Shown here: positions 18,456 to 28,874 of the stretch, in pieces
Layout of the letters: each line of letters starts with the position of its first letter
Position numbering within the stretch: the stretch's first letter is position 1
DNA from: Spirochaetia bacterium
GTDB lineage: Bacteria > Spirochaetota > Spirochaetia > DSM-2461
Assembly: GCA_963666985.2 (NCBI GenBank)
Contig: CAXXIA010000002.1
Coordinates: forward strand, 2,720,001 to 2,784,000
DNA: 64,000 bases
Direction: 5' to 3'
The notes under the pieces: generated by a model
Database searches by the model: none
Seen by the model: the letters and a program-made list of their open reading frames with translations, nothing else
Told to the model about the DNA's origin: nothing
Made by a program: the position numbers and the translations under genes

Positions 18456-21400
18456 TTAATGCGGTTTTGTGCCGTGAACCGAAAATCGCCAGTTGTCCAC
18501 TTCGCTGAGGGCGGCATCATAATCCCATTTTTCCAATGCGGCGATTATTCTCTGCGCCCTCTTTTTCTCCTCCTCGGAAGAAAATCTGGGGATTTGTTTT
18601 TCAAGGTACACGGAGGTTCCCGGATTGCTGCTGCGGATGAGATCTTCAAGCCGGTCGAGAATATGTACGGTATCGAACATCGGCATTGCCGCCGTAATAT
18701 GTTCCGAAAGTGTCGTTACGGCCCTGCTCAACCGTGCAATCTCATCCTCCTCCGCCTTTCCGCCGGATCGAATCGTCTCTTCAAGTCTTCCGGCCTCATC
18801 TTTGACGGCAAACGCACCGATGTGGCCCGCCGCTCCTCTGAGGGTGTGCAGAAGAGATACGGCCTCATCGCCGCCGCCCGAATGAATGGCGTGATCAAGG
18901 CGTTCGGGAAAGTGCCGATTTTCGTCGGCGAAAAGTCCGAGGATGCTCCGGAGACGGTCTCTGTTTCCCAGAACCTGCCGCAACGCCGACATGATATCGA
19001 GGCCCGGAATTTCAAGGAACTTCGCATCGTTTTGCGTCCGCATTCCGACGGCGCCGATGGGCGAAACGGGAACGGCCAGAATATCGCCGACGACACGGTA
19101 GAGTTCAATCGGATCAATGGGTTTTGCCAAGTAGCTTGTAAAACTTGTTTTGCTGAATGAATCCTTAATCTCATGAAGAGCGCTCGCGGACAATGCGATA
19201 ACGGGAATGTCGGGATATTTTCTTCGAATCAGTGATACGGCCTCATAACCGTTCATTACGGGCATCTGCAGATCCATCAGAATGATATCGTATGAATTGT
19301 GCAGACACGCTTCCACGGCTTCTTTGCCGTTTACGGCCGTTTCAACGGTAAGCCCCACGCGTTCGAGCAGTTCATACCCTACTTGTCTGTTGATTTCATC
19401 GTCGTCGGCCAGAAGCACGCGTCCGAAAACCACGGCCGATCCGATTCCGCTTTCACCTGTTCGTGCGTGACCGGCGGACCGGTCCGTATTCTTCAGAATT
19501 GACGCAAGGCTGTTTCTCGCATAGGGAATCGAGAGAAAACCGCATTGAATTCCTTGGGGAGCAAACGCAGCGATTGTCGCGGCATTCATGCTTCCGCTTA
19601 AGATGAGTCTTAATTCTTCGCCGGAACCGTCGCACAGAGCAACGGCGGCGGCCGCGGGATCGTGACCCAGGGAATCGATGTCGATGAAAAGAATATCCGG
19701 CATCGACGGATTAAGAAGGGCGTCTTTAACCGCATGGTAGGTAACGACTTCGGCTCCCAGCGCCGAGAGCGCGTCTTCATGGAATTTCGCGGAGATCGGA
19801 TCGGCGGCGATAACCCATGCCGTTTGGTCCGCGGCGGCATCCTTTTCGTTATCCGCCATTTGGGACTGATTCAATTTAACGGTGAATGAAAAGCGGCTTC
19901 CTTCGTTCGGATGGCTTTCTACGGAAAAATCCCCTCCCATCAGCTCAACGATTTGTTTGCTGATCGTCAGACCGAGACCCGAGCCTCCGTATTCCCGCGC
20001 CGTGGATGCGGCCGCTTGGCTGAAAGGCCGGAAAAGCCGGGCAATCTGCTGTTCGCTCATTCCAATCCCGGTATCTTCCACGGTGAAGCGTACGAAATCC
20101 GGCGCGATATGGTCCGCGAGGATTGCCGCGTGTCCCGAATCGGTGAATTTTACGGCATTTCCAATGAGATTCAGAAGCACTTGTCCCAAACGGTAACGGT
20201 CTCCAACCCATCTATCGGGCAAATCCGGAGAGCGGCGGCAATACATTTTCAGGCCTTTTTCCCAGGCCTTGTCCGTAACCATGTCGAATGTCTCTTTCAT
20301 CATTTCATCCAGGGAAAACTCGAAAGCATCCAGTTCCAGTTTCCCGGATTCGATTTTTGAAAGATCAAGGATGTTGTTGATTAAACCCATAAGGCCCTTT
20401 GCTGCGGCATTGATTTTATCCAGGTAGTTTTCCTGCCTGGTATCAAGGCGCGTCTGCAGAACCAGATAGGTGAGTCCTATAATGGCGTTCATTGGGGTGC
20501 GGATTTCATGGCTCATATTCGCCAGATAGTGACTTTTCGCCCGATTGGCCGTTTCGGCTTCCTTTCTGGCCTTTATCAGCTGTTCTTCCAATCCTTTCCT
20601 AACGGAGATATCGGTGATGGTGTTGACGACATAGTTGATTCCGTCCGAACCGAGTTCAATGGGATGAAAGGATTCGATCGTGTATCGAAAGTCTTTTCCC
20701 GGAGCTTTAACGCGCAATTCCCCGTTCCAAGCCTGGCCTTTCCCGGCCAGAGGGAGAATGAAGTTTTTAACCTTTTCGGCGTAGGAATCATCATAGTTTT
20801 CCCAAGCCATCCGATGTCCCGTTAATTCGTCTCCGGTCATTTTTCTGTAGGAATGATTCCCGTAGACGACTCGGCCGCTGTTGTCGATGATCGCGATTCC
20901 CTGTCCCGCGGCGTCCACCGATTGGCGAAAAAGCTGCATATCTCTCTGCGCCTCGACATTGGAGAGCATGCCGGTCAGAGTTGAGGCGAGCATCCGTAAG
21001 AAAACCATGTCCAGCGCCGTTTTGGAGGGTTTCGGTCCTTGGAAAACAAAACCCGTATATCCGATGGTTTTGTCGTCACGATCGGAAATCCTGATGACTA
21101 CAAGGGATGCGGTTCCGACTCGTTTCGCCGCTTTTCTGTAAACCTCGGGAACGGACGGATTATTCGCGAGATCTTCTATGACCGTTATGAACGGATCATA
21201 CTTCAATGATAATAATTCGTTGAATCGAACACCCACCCAATCTTCGGAATATTCTTCCAGTTCCGGATTGTTCCATAAGGTGCTCCATGTAGTGATTCCG
21301 TCATGATCGATTTGAAGAAAATACGCTCTTCGGGCTCCGAGATAGCCGCTGCTGATTTTCAGCATTTCGGGGATGGTGTTGCGAATCGAGTCGGATAAGA

Positions 21401-21911
21401 TGGCCAGAAGCGAGAGACGAACGATGATATCTTCGGCGCTTTTTCGTTCACGTACGGTTTCCCGCATTCTTTTTTCGATTGAGATATCCTTTCCGATGCA
21501 GTAAATCCTCATTTTTCGATTTCTCACGATCGGAAAGACTTTCAGCTCGAACGTGCCTCTTCGACCGTTCGGTCCGGTATTTTCATACGTGAGAACGATG
21601 GTCCTCCCTTCCATGGCCAAACGGAGGGCGCGGAGCAGTTCTCTCTGATAGTGAACGGTATCGGGCCAGAGCGGTGTGGCATTAATGTGTTTGCCGATGC
21701 AGGATTCCAAATCGATGCGAAAGGTTTTCGTAATGGCTTTGCTGAATTCTCTGACGAGGAGATCTTCATCCAAGATAACCAGGAGATGAGACGTTTTTTC
21801 CAGAAAACGGTTTTGTTCGCTTATTTCCCGGTTCCATCTTTTTACCAGAATAAACAGTCCGACAAATGAGGCCGCGATTATACAGAGAAGAATGACGATT
21901 TCAATTCCCAT
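18456..21911 (-). CDS. Hybrid sensor kinase (TM-PAS-GAF-like-PAS-HisKA-HATPase-degenerate REC-REC-Hpt)
   Basis: ANMSHEIRTPMN, NLIGNAVKFT, GGSGLGL, ILMDLQMP, LHTLRGAAG; start uncertain. Confidence 0.92.
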   Translation of the reverse strand: MGIEIVILLCIIAASFVGLFILVKRWNREISEQNRFLEKTSHLLVILDEDLLVREFSKAITKTFRIDLESCIGKHINATPLWPDTVHYQRELLRALRLAMEGRTIVLTYENTGPNGRRGTFELKVFPIVRNRKMRIYCIGKDISIEKRMRETVRERKSAEDIIVRLSLLAILSDSIRNTIPEMLKISSGYLGARRAYFLQIDHDGITTWSTLWNNPELEEYSEDWVGVRFNELLSLKYDPFITVIEDLANNPSVPEVYRKAAKRVGTASLVVIRISDRDDKTIGYTGFVFQGPKPSKTALDMVFLRMLASTLTGMLSNVEAQRDMQLFRQSVDAAGQGIAIIDNSGRVVYGNHSYRKMTGDELTGHRMAWENYDDSYAEKVKNFILPLAGKGQAWNGELRVKAPGKDFRYTIESFHPIELGSDGINYVVNTITDISVRKGLEEQLIKARKEAETANRAKSHYLANMSHEIRTPMNAIIGLTYLVLQTRLDTRQENYLDKINAAAKGLMGLINNILDLSKIESGKLELDAFEFSLDEMMKETFDMVTDKAWEKGLKMYCRRSPDLPDRWVGDRYRLGQVLLNLIGNAVKFTDSGHAAILADHIAPDFVRFTVEDTGIGMSEQQIARLFRPFSQAAASTAREYGGSGLGLTISKQIVELMGGDFSVESHPNEGSRFSFTVKLNQSQMADNEKDAAADQTAWVIAADPISAKFHEDALSALGAEVVTYHAVKDALLNPSMPDILFIDIDSLGHDPAAAAVALCDGSGEELRLILSGSMNAATIAAFAPQGIQCGFLSIPYARNSLASILKNTDRSAGHARTGESGIGSAVVFGRVLLADDDEINRQVGYELLERVGLTVETAVNGKEAVEACLHNSYDIILMDLQMPVMNGYEAVSLIRRKYPDIPVIALSASALHEIKDSFSKTSFTSYLAKPIDPIELYRVVGDILAVPVSPIGAVGMRTQNDAKFLEIPGLDIMSALRQVLGNRDRLRSILGLFADENRHFPERLDHAIHSGGGDEAVSLLHTLRGAAGHIGAFAVKDEAGRLEETIRSGGKAEEDEIARLSRAVTTLSEHITAAMPMFDTVHILDRLEDLIRSSNPGTSVYLEKQIPRFSSEEEKKRAQRIIAALEKWDYDAALSEVDNWRFSVHGTKPH

Positions 21912-22044
21912 GGCTCTGAACGCGATCATTGATATCATTATACGCCGAGCTTCGGTCTCTGCGGGCGGTTTCGAGTGTTTGTGCACGGCAAATTATGAGG
22001 TGTAATCGCTGCGGGCCGTATATAATGGGAACGGAGGTGCATCT

Positions 22045-22689
22045 ATGATTGTCGGCAACCGTATGACGAAAAATCCGTTTACCGTTAAAAAGTCGGAATC
22101 CGTTTCCGATGCCCGGGAGATCTTGAAGAAAGAGAAGATTCATCATCTGCCGGTTATTAACGATAAAGGGGGGCTTATAGGCATTATCACCGAAAAAGAC
22201 ATTCTTTCGGCTTCGCCTTCGACGGCCACGACGCTGGATGTCTGGGAGATGTATTCTCTCCTGGCCAAGCTGACCGTGGGCGATGTAATGAATAAAAAAC
22301 CCATTTTCTGCGGATCGGATGTCGCCGTGGAGGAAGCCGCCCGCCTTATGTCGGACAACGATGTGGGAGGACTTCCCGTTGTTGATAACGGCGTTTTGGT
22401 GGGAATCATTACCGAATCGGATCTTTTCGAGATTTTCATAGAACTGTTCGCCAGCCGGGATAAAGGACTCCGTCTGACGGCTTTGGTTCCGGACGTGCAC
22501 GGTGAGCTGGCGAACCTGGCGGGCGCCATCCGTGATGCCGACGGGGACATTCTGGCCTTCGGATTCGTGCGGGGCGAGAATCCTACGAATCGTTTGTGTA
22601 TCGTAAAAGTTTCCGGGATGAGCCGTGATGTTCTTTTGAAGGCCGTGGAGCCGTTTGTTCTGGAAGTCAAGGACGTCCGGGAGATGTAG
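22045..22689 (+). CDS. AcuB-like CBS-pair + ACT protein
   Basis: Two CBS motifs (HHLPV...GIIT; GLPVV...GIITESD) and an ACT-like C-terminus; GGAGG RBS. Confidence 0.88.
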   Translation: MIVGNRMTKNPFTVKKSESVSDAREILKKEKIHHLPVINDKGGLIGIITEKDILSASPSTATTLDVWEMYSLLAKLTVGDVMNKKPIFCGSDVAVEEAARLMSDNDVGGLPVVDNGVLVGIITESDLFEIFIELFASRDKGLRLTALVPDVHGELANLAGAIRDADGDILAFGFVRGENPTNRLCIVKVSGMSRDVLLKAVEPFVLEVKDVREM

Positions 22690-22881
22690 GTTTTCGGCAT
22701 CTTCGTCCTGTTTCGCCATGCCGCGCCGTTATGCCTCGCCGCGCGATGTTCTGCGCTTTTCGCCTTCGTCTTTGCGGCCGAAGAAGAGGCTCCGGCGTTT
22801 CTTTGGCCGGGTGTGGGGGAGATCCCCCGAGGCCTCCTGTCCGGGGAGAGGCGGGCATGGATTCGGGTGATTGGCAGGCCG

Positions 22882-23205
22882 CTAGAGGGGGATCTGCAGT
22901 AAACCCCAGGTAACCGCCACCGCCGAGGCCACGGGAATGATGAGATTCTTCGCGAAGTGGGCCGAGAGAGCGGCGGCGGCCAGACCGCCCAGAGCCGCCC
23001 AGGGGCGCCCGGTATCGACGAGCGAGGTGATGGAGGCCGGGAAGATTAATGCGCCCAGGGCTGCCGTGGGCATGATGGTGAGAAACCGCCGTACCGCCAG
23101 CGGGATTGTGTCCCATCGGGTCATGAACCAGGGCACCACGCGGATAAGGTAATTCACCGCGGCGCTGACGATGATGACGAGCATAAGGTTCAGATCGGGA
23201 TTCAT
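22882..23205 (-). CDS. azlD: AzlD-family branched-chain amino acid export subunit
   Basis: YLIRVVP, PTAALGALIFP; small hydrophobic ORF overlapping the azlC stop. Confidence 0.8.
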   Translation of the reverse strand: MNPDLNLMLVIIVSAAVNYLIRVVPWFMTRWDTIPLAVRRFLTIMPTAALGALIFPASITSLVDTGRPWAALGGLAAAALSAHFAKNLIIPVASAVAVTWGLLQIPL

Positions 23206-23984
23206 ACGCCTGCCTCCGGGGTTGCCGTGGGGGGATGAAAGGTGTCGCTGTCGGCTTTGTTGGCGCCGCTATCGCCGCTTCCGCCATCCGAGGATTCAGG
23301 CGGGATAACGAACATTCCGACGATGGTTGCCGCGATCATCGCGATAACGAAACTCCAGCCGGAGCCGAGATTCGTTCCCAAATCAAGAACCGTATTCAGC
23401 GCCGCCGCCGAGGCCGCGGTGATAATCCAGGGCCATCCCTTTTTCAGATCCGGCAGCAGAAGAGCCATGAAGAGCGCGTAGAGACTGGAAACCATGGCCG
23501 CGCTCAGGCTTTCGGGAAGAACACTGCCGAAAAGCCAGCCGCTGAGGGTTCCGAGGTTCCAGGCGGCCCAGGGAGCGAGTTCCACCGCGGCCTGGTAGGA
23601 AGGGGAAACCTGTCCTTCCTGGCTCGTTGTTACCGCGAAGTTTTCATCGGTAACGCCGAAGGCCAAAAGCGGCCGCTGGAAGGTTTTCCGGGTTTCCACT
23701 TTCTTGGCCACGGCGGCGCTCATGAGCGTGTAGCGCAGGTTGATGAGAAAATAGGAAAGAATGATTTGTCCTTCGGCGGCTCCGGCGGCGATGAGGTTCA
23801 GCGCCATGAACTGCGCGGCGCCGGTGAAGGTGAAGAGGCTGAAGGCTTGAGTTTCCCAGATGCCGATGCCGCCGTTTCGCGCCAGAAGGCCGAAGGCGAT
23901 GGATGCCGAATAATAGCCGAGGACGATGGGAAGGGCATCTTTCAGTCCCCGGCCGAAGGTGGAGGCTTTGCCGATTCGGTTCAT
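23202..23984 (-). CDS. azlC: AzlC-family branched-chain amino acid exporter
   Basis: PIVLGY...AFG, FTGAAQF, INLRY.LMS, TDENFAV. Confidence 0.9.
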   Translation of the reverse strand: MNRIGKASTFGRGLKDALPIVLGYYSASIAFGLLARNGGIGIWETQAFSLFTFTGAAQFMALNLIAAGAAEGQIILSYFLINLRYTLMSAAVAKKVETRKTFQRPLLAFGVTDENFAVTTSQEGQVSPSYQAAVELAPWAAWNLGTLSGWLFGSVLPESLSAAMVSSLYALFMALLLPDLKKGWPWIITAASAAALNTVLDLGTNLGSGWSFVIAMIAATIVGMFVIPPESSDGGSGDSGANKADSDTFHPPTATPEAGV

Positions 23985-25294
23985 TCGGCGCTGTGTTCAT
24001 GCATGACGCGGCGAACTTCGTCGGCAATGATAAAGGCCGCTTTGCGGAACTCATCCGGATTCAGGGCGTAGGAAAGACGGAGACATTGGTCGGCGTGGAC
24101 TCTGAAATCCGATGGCGGATCGGCAGCATCCGCTTGGCTTCGAGGATCGGGGTCATCAAAACCATAGAAAAAATAATGGCCGCTCACCACGAGCACTCCG
24201 CGGTCTTTGAGCCGTTCATACAATCGGGCGGAGCCGATGGGCAGTTCGGGAAGCCAGAGCCAGAGGAAGATGGATCCTTCGGATTCGTGGATGCGGAAGG
24301 CGATGTCGCCGGCGAAGGCTTCTTCGAGGGCTTGGGTGGCGAGTTCTGAATGGTCCCGGTAGAAGGGGCGGATGATGCTGTGCGAGAGTTTCAGGATTTC
24401 TCCGGAGTCGATAAGCGGGCCGACCAGGACTTGACCGAGGCTGCCGTTGGCCAGACTGATAACGGCGTTTCCGGCCGAAAGCGCGCCGATGATGTCTTCG
24501 TTCGCCACGACGATTCCGGTGCGGATGGCCGGAAGGCCGAGTTTGGAGAGGCTCATGCTCAGGATGACGTTTTCGTCCCAATAGGGGTGGACGTCTTTAA
24601 AGAGGATGTGCGGGAAGGGGGCTCCGTAGGCGTTGTCGACGATAAGGGAAATGTCCTTTTTTCGGGCGATGTCGGCAAGGCGGGTGATTTCTTCGTCGGT
24701 CAGGACGTTTCCGGTGGGATTGGTGGGGCGGGAAACGCAGAGAGCGGCGATGTCGTCTTCAATGTTCAGGTTGTCGAAATTGACGCGGTATTTGAAGTAG
24801 TGCTCCCGCGTGAGTTCGATTTTTCCGGGGTGGGTAATCAGGGCTCCGTCTTCAATGGCCTGATCGGCGTATCCGATGTATTCGGGGCAGAGGGGGAAGA
24901 GGATTCGGTTGAAGCGGCCGTCGGTGCCGGTGCCTGAGAACATGTTCAAGAGAAGGAATGAGGCGATTTGGCTTCCGTTGGTTACGCCGATGTTCTTGGG
25001 GCCGATGTTCCAGCCGTATTCCCGGTTCATCAGGTTTGCCAGGGATTCCAGGAAAGCATGTTTGCCCTGGGGCGTGTCGTAGTTGGCCAGGGTGTCTTCC
25101 AGTTCCGTGCCGTTTTTCAGGATTTCTTCGATTCGTCGGCGCCAGATTCGGTTGACTTCCGGAATGTGGGCGGGATTTCCTCCGCCGAGCATGTACATGT
25201 CGGTTCGGCCCTGCATGGCCCGGCCCATATCGTCCATCAGTTCGCCGATTCCTGTCTTTTTCGTGAATCGTTCGGCGAATCGCGTGCTTCTCAT
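23981..25294 (-). CDS. avtA: Valine--pyruvate transaminase
   Basis: LGGGNPAHIP, PEYIGY.D, SRPTNPTGNV, DNAYG.PFP, SLSKLGLP..RTG; AAGGAG RBS before ATG 25294. Confidence 0.9.
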   Translation of the reverse strand: MRSTRFAERFTKKTGIGELMDDMGRAMQGRTDMYMLGGGNPAHIPEVNRIWRRRIEEILKNGTELEDTLANYDTPQGKHAFLESLANLMNREYGWNIGPKNIGVTNGSQIASFLLLNMFSGTGTDGRFNRILFPLCPEYIGYADQAIEDGALITHPGKIELTREHYFKYRVNFDNLNIEDDIAALCVSRPTNPTGNVLTDEEITRLADIARKKDISLIVDNAYGAPFPHILFKDVHPYWDENVILSMSLSKLGLPAIRTGIVVANEDIIGALSAGNAVISLANGSLGQVLVGPLIDSGEILKLSHSIIRPFYRDHSELATQALEEAFAGDIAFRIHESEGSIFLWLWLPELPIGSARLYERLKDRGVLVVSGHYFFYGFDDPDPRSQADAADPPSDFRVHADQCLRLSYALNPDEFRKAAFIIADEVRRVMHEHSAE

Positions 25295-25512
25295 GGAGAT
25301 GTTCTCCTTAATCCTTAGCATCCTCATTCGACAAGAATGTCGAATTCTAAAGAAGCCTACCGTTAAGTGATGGTTGCGAAAAGAGGCAGTTTCAAGGATT
25401 TGGACGGGTACAGTTTTGCCGGTTTTCGCTGTGCCGGGTTTTGAGGTATCGGATTGACGTACTTGGCGGGCCTCGGTAGGATGGGCTTCGATCCGCATTT
25501 TATTGCGGTTTA

Positions 25513-25582
<70 letters not shown>

Positions 25583-25586
<4 letters not shown>

Positions 25587-25624
25587 ACAAGAAAAGCACC
25601 CCGGCGGGTGCTTTTCTTGTTGGG
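25583..25624. terminator. Perfect 19-bp hairpin overlapping the tRNA 3' end
   Basis: CCCAACAAGAAAAGCACCC-CGGC-GGGTGCTTTTCTTGTTGGG. Confidence 0.75.
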
Positions 25625-25748
25625 AGGGCCCCGCTGTGACTTGAAGCGAAGGAGCGGCGCGACCGAAGAGGGAGCGAAAACCGACAGGATGTCGGTTAGC
25701 CCCGGAGACGGCCTGGAGTGAAGCGACACGAAGTCGGTTCCTGGAAGG

Positions 25749-25766
25749 CAAGTCCTAGTGGGCCCA
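25749..25766 (+). repeat. 18-bp direct copy of the tRNA 3' end (att-like)
   Basis: CAAGTCCTAGTGGGCCCA is identical to 25569-25586. Confidence 0.9.
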
Positions 25767-25909
25767 TAATTTTTGTTGCCGAAATATTCTTGTAAGATTA
25801 TATTTGGCAACAAATTACAGAGAAGTTACCAGGAAACTGGCGCTTTATCTTCCGGGACTGTAGGGAAACTGTCGGAAAGATCCCTCCGGTACTGGTATGT
25901 GAGGGATAT

Positions 25910-26670
25910 ATGCGTCACGGTAGTGAATCAAAGCCTTTTTACCTTTATCTCCGTAAATCAAGCGGTGTCTATTACGCTGAAATCAAAGATCCTGTTTCGG
26001 GTGCATTGCTTCCTGCCAAGAGCACGGGAGAACGGACATATCGGGATGCGGAGCGTGTTGCTTGGGAATGGACCATCAACGGGCTCCCTGTAGGGCCATC
26101 CGGAGAAAGCCGGAAGAAGCCCGGAGAGGCTGCTTCCTTTGAACTGGCGTTCCAGCAGCTAAATGATGTTCCTATAGGCCAGGCGGAAGCTCAGCGCATT
26201 CTCGACCTGCTCAAGCGACGAGGATGATTCAATCCACATCAACCATTTCGCAAGCAGGACCCATTCTGTGCGACTGGCTCGAATCGTTTTGGGATTTCAA
26301 TACAAGTTTTTACATTCTGGAACGTCTGTCCCACGGTCATTCGATTACCAAGGCCCATGCTGCAAACATGGCCGGCAAGATCAGAAATTACTGGCGGCCT
26401 TTCTTTGGTGAATTTCATAGAGGCGAACTCACCCGAGGAAAAGCCCGTGAGTTTGCTGTTCACATTGCAGAAATCACCAGAACCGTAAAAAAGAATGGAC
26501 TCAGTAGTCAGGTTCCTCTTTCGGGCTCAACGATCAAAGACGTTATGCAGGCCGGGACAGTCGCATATACCTGGGCCCTGAGCGAAGGGCAGATTACAGA
26601 GAACCCTTTTGATGGTCTCATGGGATTCTCTCGGCCAGGGCATGATTCTCCTAGGCTATTAACAGTTTAG
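25910..26670 (+). pseudogene. Tyrosine integrase N-terminal half (arm/core-binding part); frameshift near 26222, catalytic domain absent
   Basis: PFYLYLRKSSGVYYAEI...KSTG, WLESFWDF..S.YI.ERL.HGHSI, ENPFDGL; sits directly after the tRNA; similarity appears to end near 26632. Confidence 0.7.
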
Positions 26671-26714
26671 ACTGTAGCTAAGAGAAATTGGTATGTGGTC
26701 CGAAATGTGTTGAA

Positions 26715-27413
26715 GGGAAACAGTCCCCTCCTCATCATATCCACCTTCCAGGACAATGGGCCTGGTCGCAAGCTAAGCTTGCTGCTCGGCCCTGCATCCT
26801 GCATGGAAGTGCGGATTCCACCGGAGCATTGTTGGGATCGTTCCTCGGCTGCGCCTGCGGTACGACCCTGGGTATCACCAAACGTCTGATGAGCGATTAC
26901 CATTCCGGAAAGAAGACTCCTACCTGCGGCTTCGTTGTAGAATTCACCGATCAGGTTGTTGATCAACCGGGAAACGTCAGCGAAAAGACTACGGTCATGC
27001 CTGAAGAACGGCCGGAGTGCCTTGGGTACTGTGAATACGAACTGCCGATGTGGGAGATCAAGTAGAACCTCTTCAGTCAGGTGTTCGGCGAATAGTAATG
27101 TCCGCTTGCGGCTGCAGGAAGGGCACAGATAGAATCCTTTACAGGAAAACGGGCGGAAATAGTTGTGGCCGCATTCAGGATTGGTGCATCTGATTCGAGC
27201 AATCCCTTTAAGATAGTCTCCACATGTTGCGAAACGCTCACCGAGTCGCTGAATTTTCTCCAGGCGAAACATCCCGTAGGTCTCCGCATACCTCTTGTCA
27301 TAGAGGTTACAGAAATCTACAAAATGGCGTTCAAATATCCTGTGAAGCTCGTTGCGGCCGCGAGAGACATACTTTTTCGCCGCCGGTGCCGTAGCGGCTA
27401 CAGCTGAGGTCAT
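26715..27413 (-). mobile_element. IS91-family (HUH/Y2) transposase remnant
   Basis: Zn-binding domain CGD...RC..C.H..F.PFSCKGFYLCPSC, HRQFVFTVPK, QTFGD, then MLRWNPHFHA and IVLEGG in another frame; C-terminal Y2 half missing. Confidence 0.85.
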
Positions 27414-27565
27414 ATTGATTATTACGGGGAAAGAGACGGGATTGATTGAGATGAGCGGACATGCAGTTTTTTCTACACGACGTCAGGCCGCGAAAGGGAC
27501 GACCAAGGAAGTCGAGAGCAGTGACCAAACGGAGTCTGGGCATTGCCGAGACGACGCAGGGCGAC

Positions 27566-27638
27566 CGCGAAAGCGGATGGTAGGGGCCGAAGGCGTCTCC
27601 GGTACAGCCGGAGACCGAAGCCCCGGACAGCCCGACCC
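27566..27638 (+). ncRNA. Structured element resembling the Flavo-1 RNA motif
   Basis: Nested stems GGGGC/GCCCC and GTCTCCGG/CCGGAGAC between GGATGGTAG and GGACAGCCCGACC; family call is from memory of the motif ends. Confidence 0.4.
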
Positions 27639-27721
27639 GGCACCTATCCGCGTGTGTTAAAATACTCGGCTTTACCCAAATCGCGGTTGAATAGGATGCT
27701 TTTCCTTTGCCAGAATGATCC

Positions 27722-28861
27722 ATGCCGATTATAGAAGCTGCCTGGGGCGTCACCTTCTGCGGTGGCGTCGGTTGTCTGGTCATCGCAGCCGCCCAGTTCG
27801 CATCTCCTTCCAGAACTCGATACGCCCTCATGCTGGCGGGAGCCTACTTCTGCGTCGGCATCCATTTGATGATACTCGGACTCCCGGCCTTCTATCCCGA
27901 AAGAATCACCCTGGCTTCCTTCTTTTGCCCGATGGCCATCTGCATCCTCTGCGGCCACCTGTTCATTCCCCTCATATACCTCTGTTTCAAAACCGTTGTG
28001 GATGAAACCTTCGAGCCGGGTTGGCGTCTGTTGCTGTTCTTCATGCCCGGCGCGATTTTCAGCATCGGCCTCATTTTCTACGGGGCGGCCCTTCCGGATA
28101 TGACGGGAACCGTCGAGGAGCTTGAGAACTACTTGGGGACGCGGCATTCCTTCTACCTGATCGTGCCAAACATCTCCATCCTCGCCTCCCTGTTGTTCTG
28201 CGCCGATGTCATCCTCACCTTCCGGCGGCGCTGGAAGGCCCAAGGAGTCCGTCGGTCGGAAGGTCGGGCGACTGCTATCGCCTGCGGTTTCATCTTCGCC
28301 GCCAATGCCTCATGGTTCGTTACCTATCTCCTCGCTTTTGAAGCTGAAAGCACGGCGGTTATCCAGGCCGTGCAGGCCGTCTTCTTCGTCGTCCTCTACG
28401 TCGTCAGCGCCCGCGGAACCAAGCTGTTCCACTTCCAGCCCATCCTCGACGATAGGCGCAGGCGCACCAAGCGCAACGGGTTCGATGTCGCGGCGAGCTT
28501 GGCGAGGCTGGATGCCGCAATGGCCGAGCACAAGATGTATCTCAATCCCGACCTGACGATTAAGGGATTGGCCTCGTCCGTCGGCATCACTCCCCACCAG
28601 CTCTCGGAGCTTATCAACAGGAACATGGGCTGCAATTACGTCCAGTACGTCAACCGATGCCGCATCGAGGACGCGAGGAGGCGCCTACTGGAAGAAGACG
28701 CCGATACGCTTCTCGCCATCGCCTTGGACTGCGGATTCAACTCTTCCTCGGCGTTCTACAGGACCTTCAAGCAGCATACCGGTTCGACGCCCAAGGACTT
28801 CGTGAGAGAAAACAAAGCCGAAACGCCCAGCAGGTTGCCTAAATCAAACCCGTTTGATTGA
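27722..28861 (+). CDS. Multi-TM membrane-anchored AraC-family regulator (copy 1)
   Basis: About 6-7 hydrophobic segments, then YLNPDLTIKGLA, PHQLSELIN, IALDCGFNSSSAFYRTFK. Confidence 0.9.
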   Translation: MPIIEAAWGVTFCGGVGCLVIAAAQFASPSRTRYALMLAGAYFCVGIHLMILGLPAFYPERITLASFFCPMAICILCGHLFIPLIYLCFKTVVDETFEPGWRLLLFFMPGAIFSIGLIFYGAALPDMTGTVEELENYLGTRHSFYLIVPNISILASLLFCADVILTFRRRWKAQGVRRSEGRATAIACGFIFAANASWFVTYLLAFEAESTAVIQAVQAVFFVVLYVVSARGTKLFHFQPILDDRRRRTKRNGFDVAASLARLDAAMAEHKMYLNPDLTIKGLASSVGITPHQLSELINRNMGCNYVQYVNRCRIEDARRRLLEEDADTLLAIALDCGFNSSSAFYRTFKQHTGSTPKDFVRENKAETPSRLPKSNPFD

Positions 28862-28874
28862 ATGGAATCCGCCG

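Noticed and set aside
22690..22880. GC-rich intergenic hairpins as an ncRNA
   Set aside because: Only short stems between convergent genes, with no recognisable motif or second copy.
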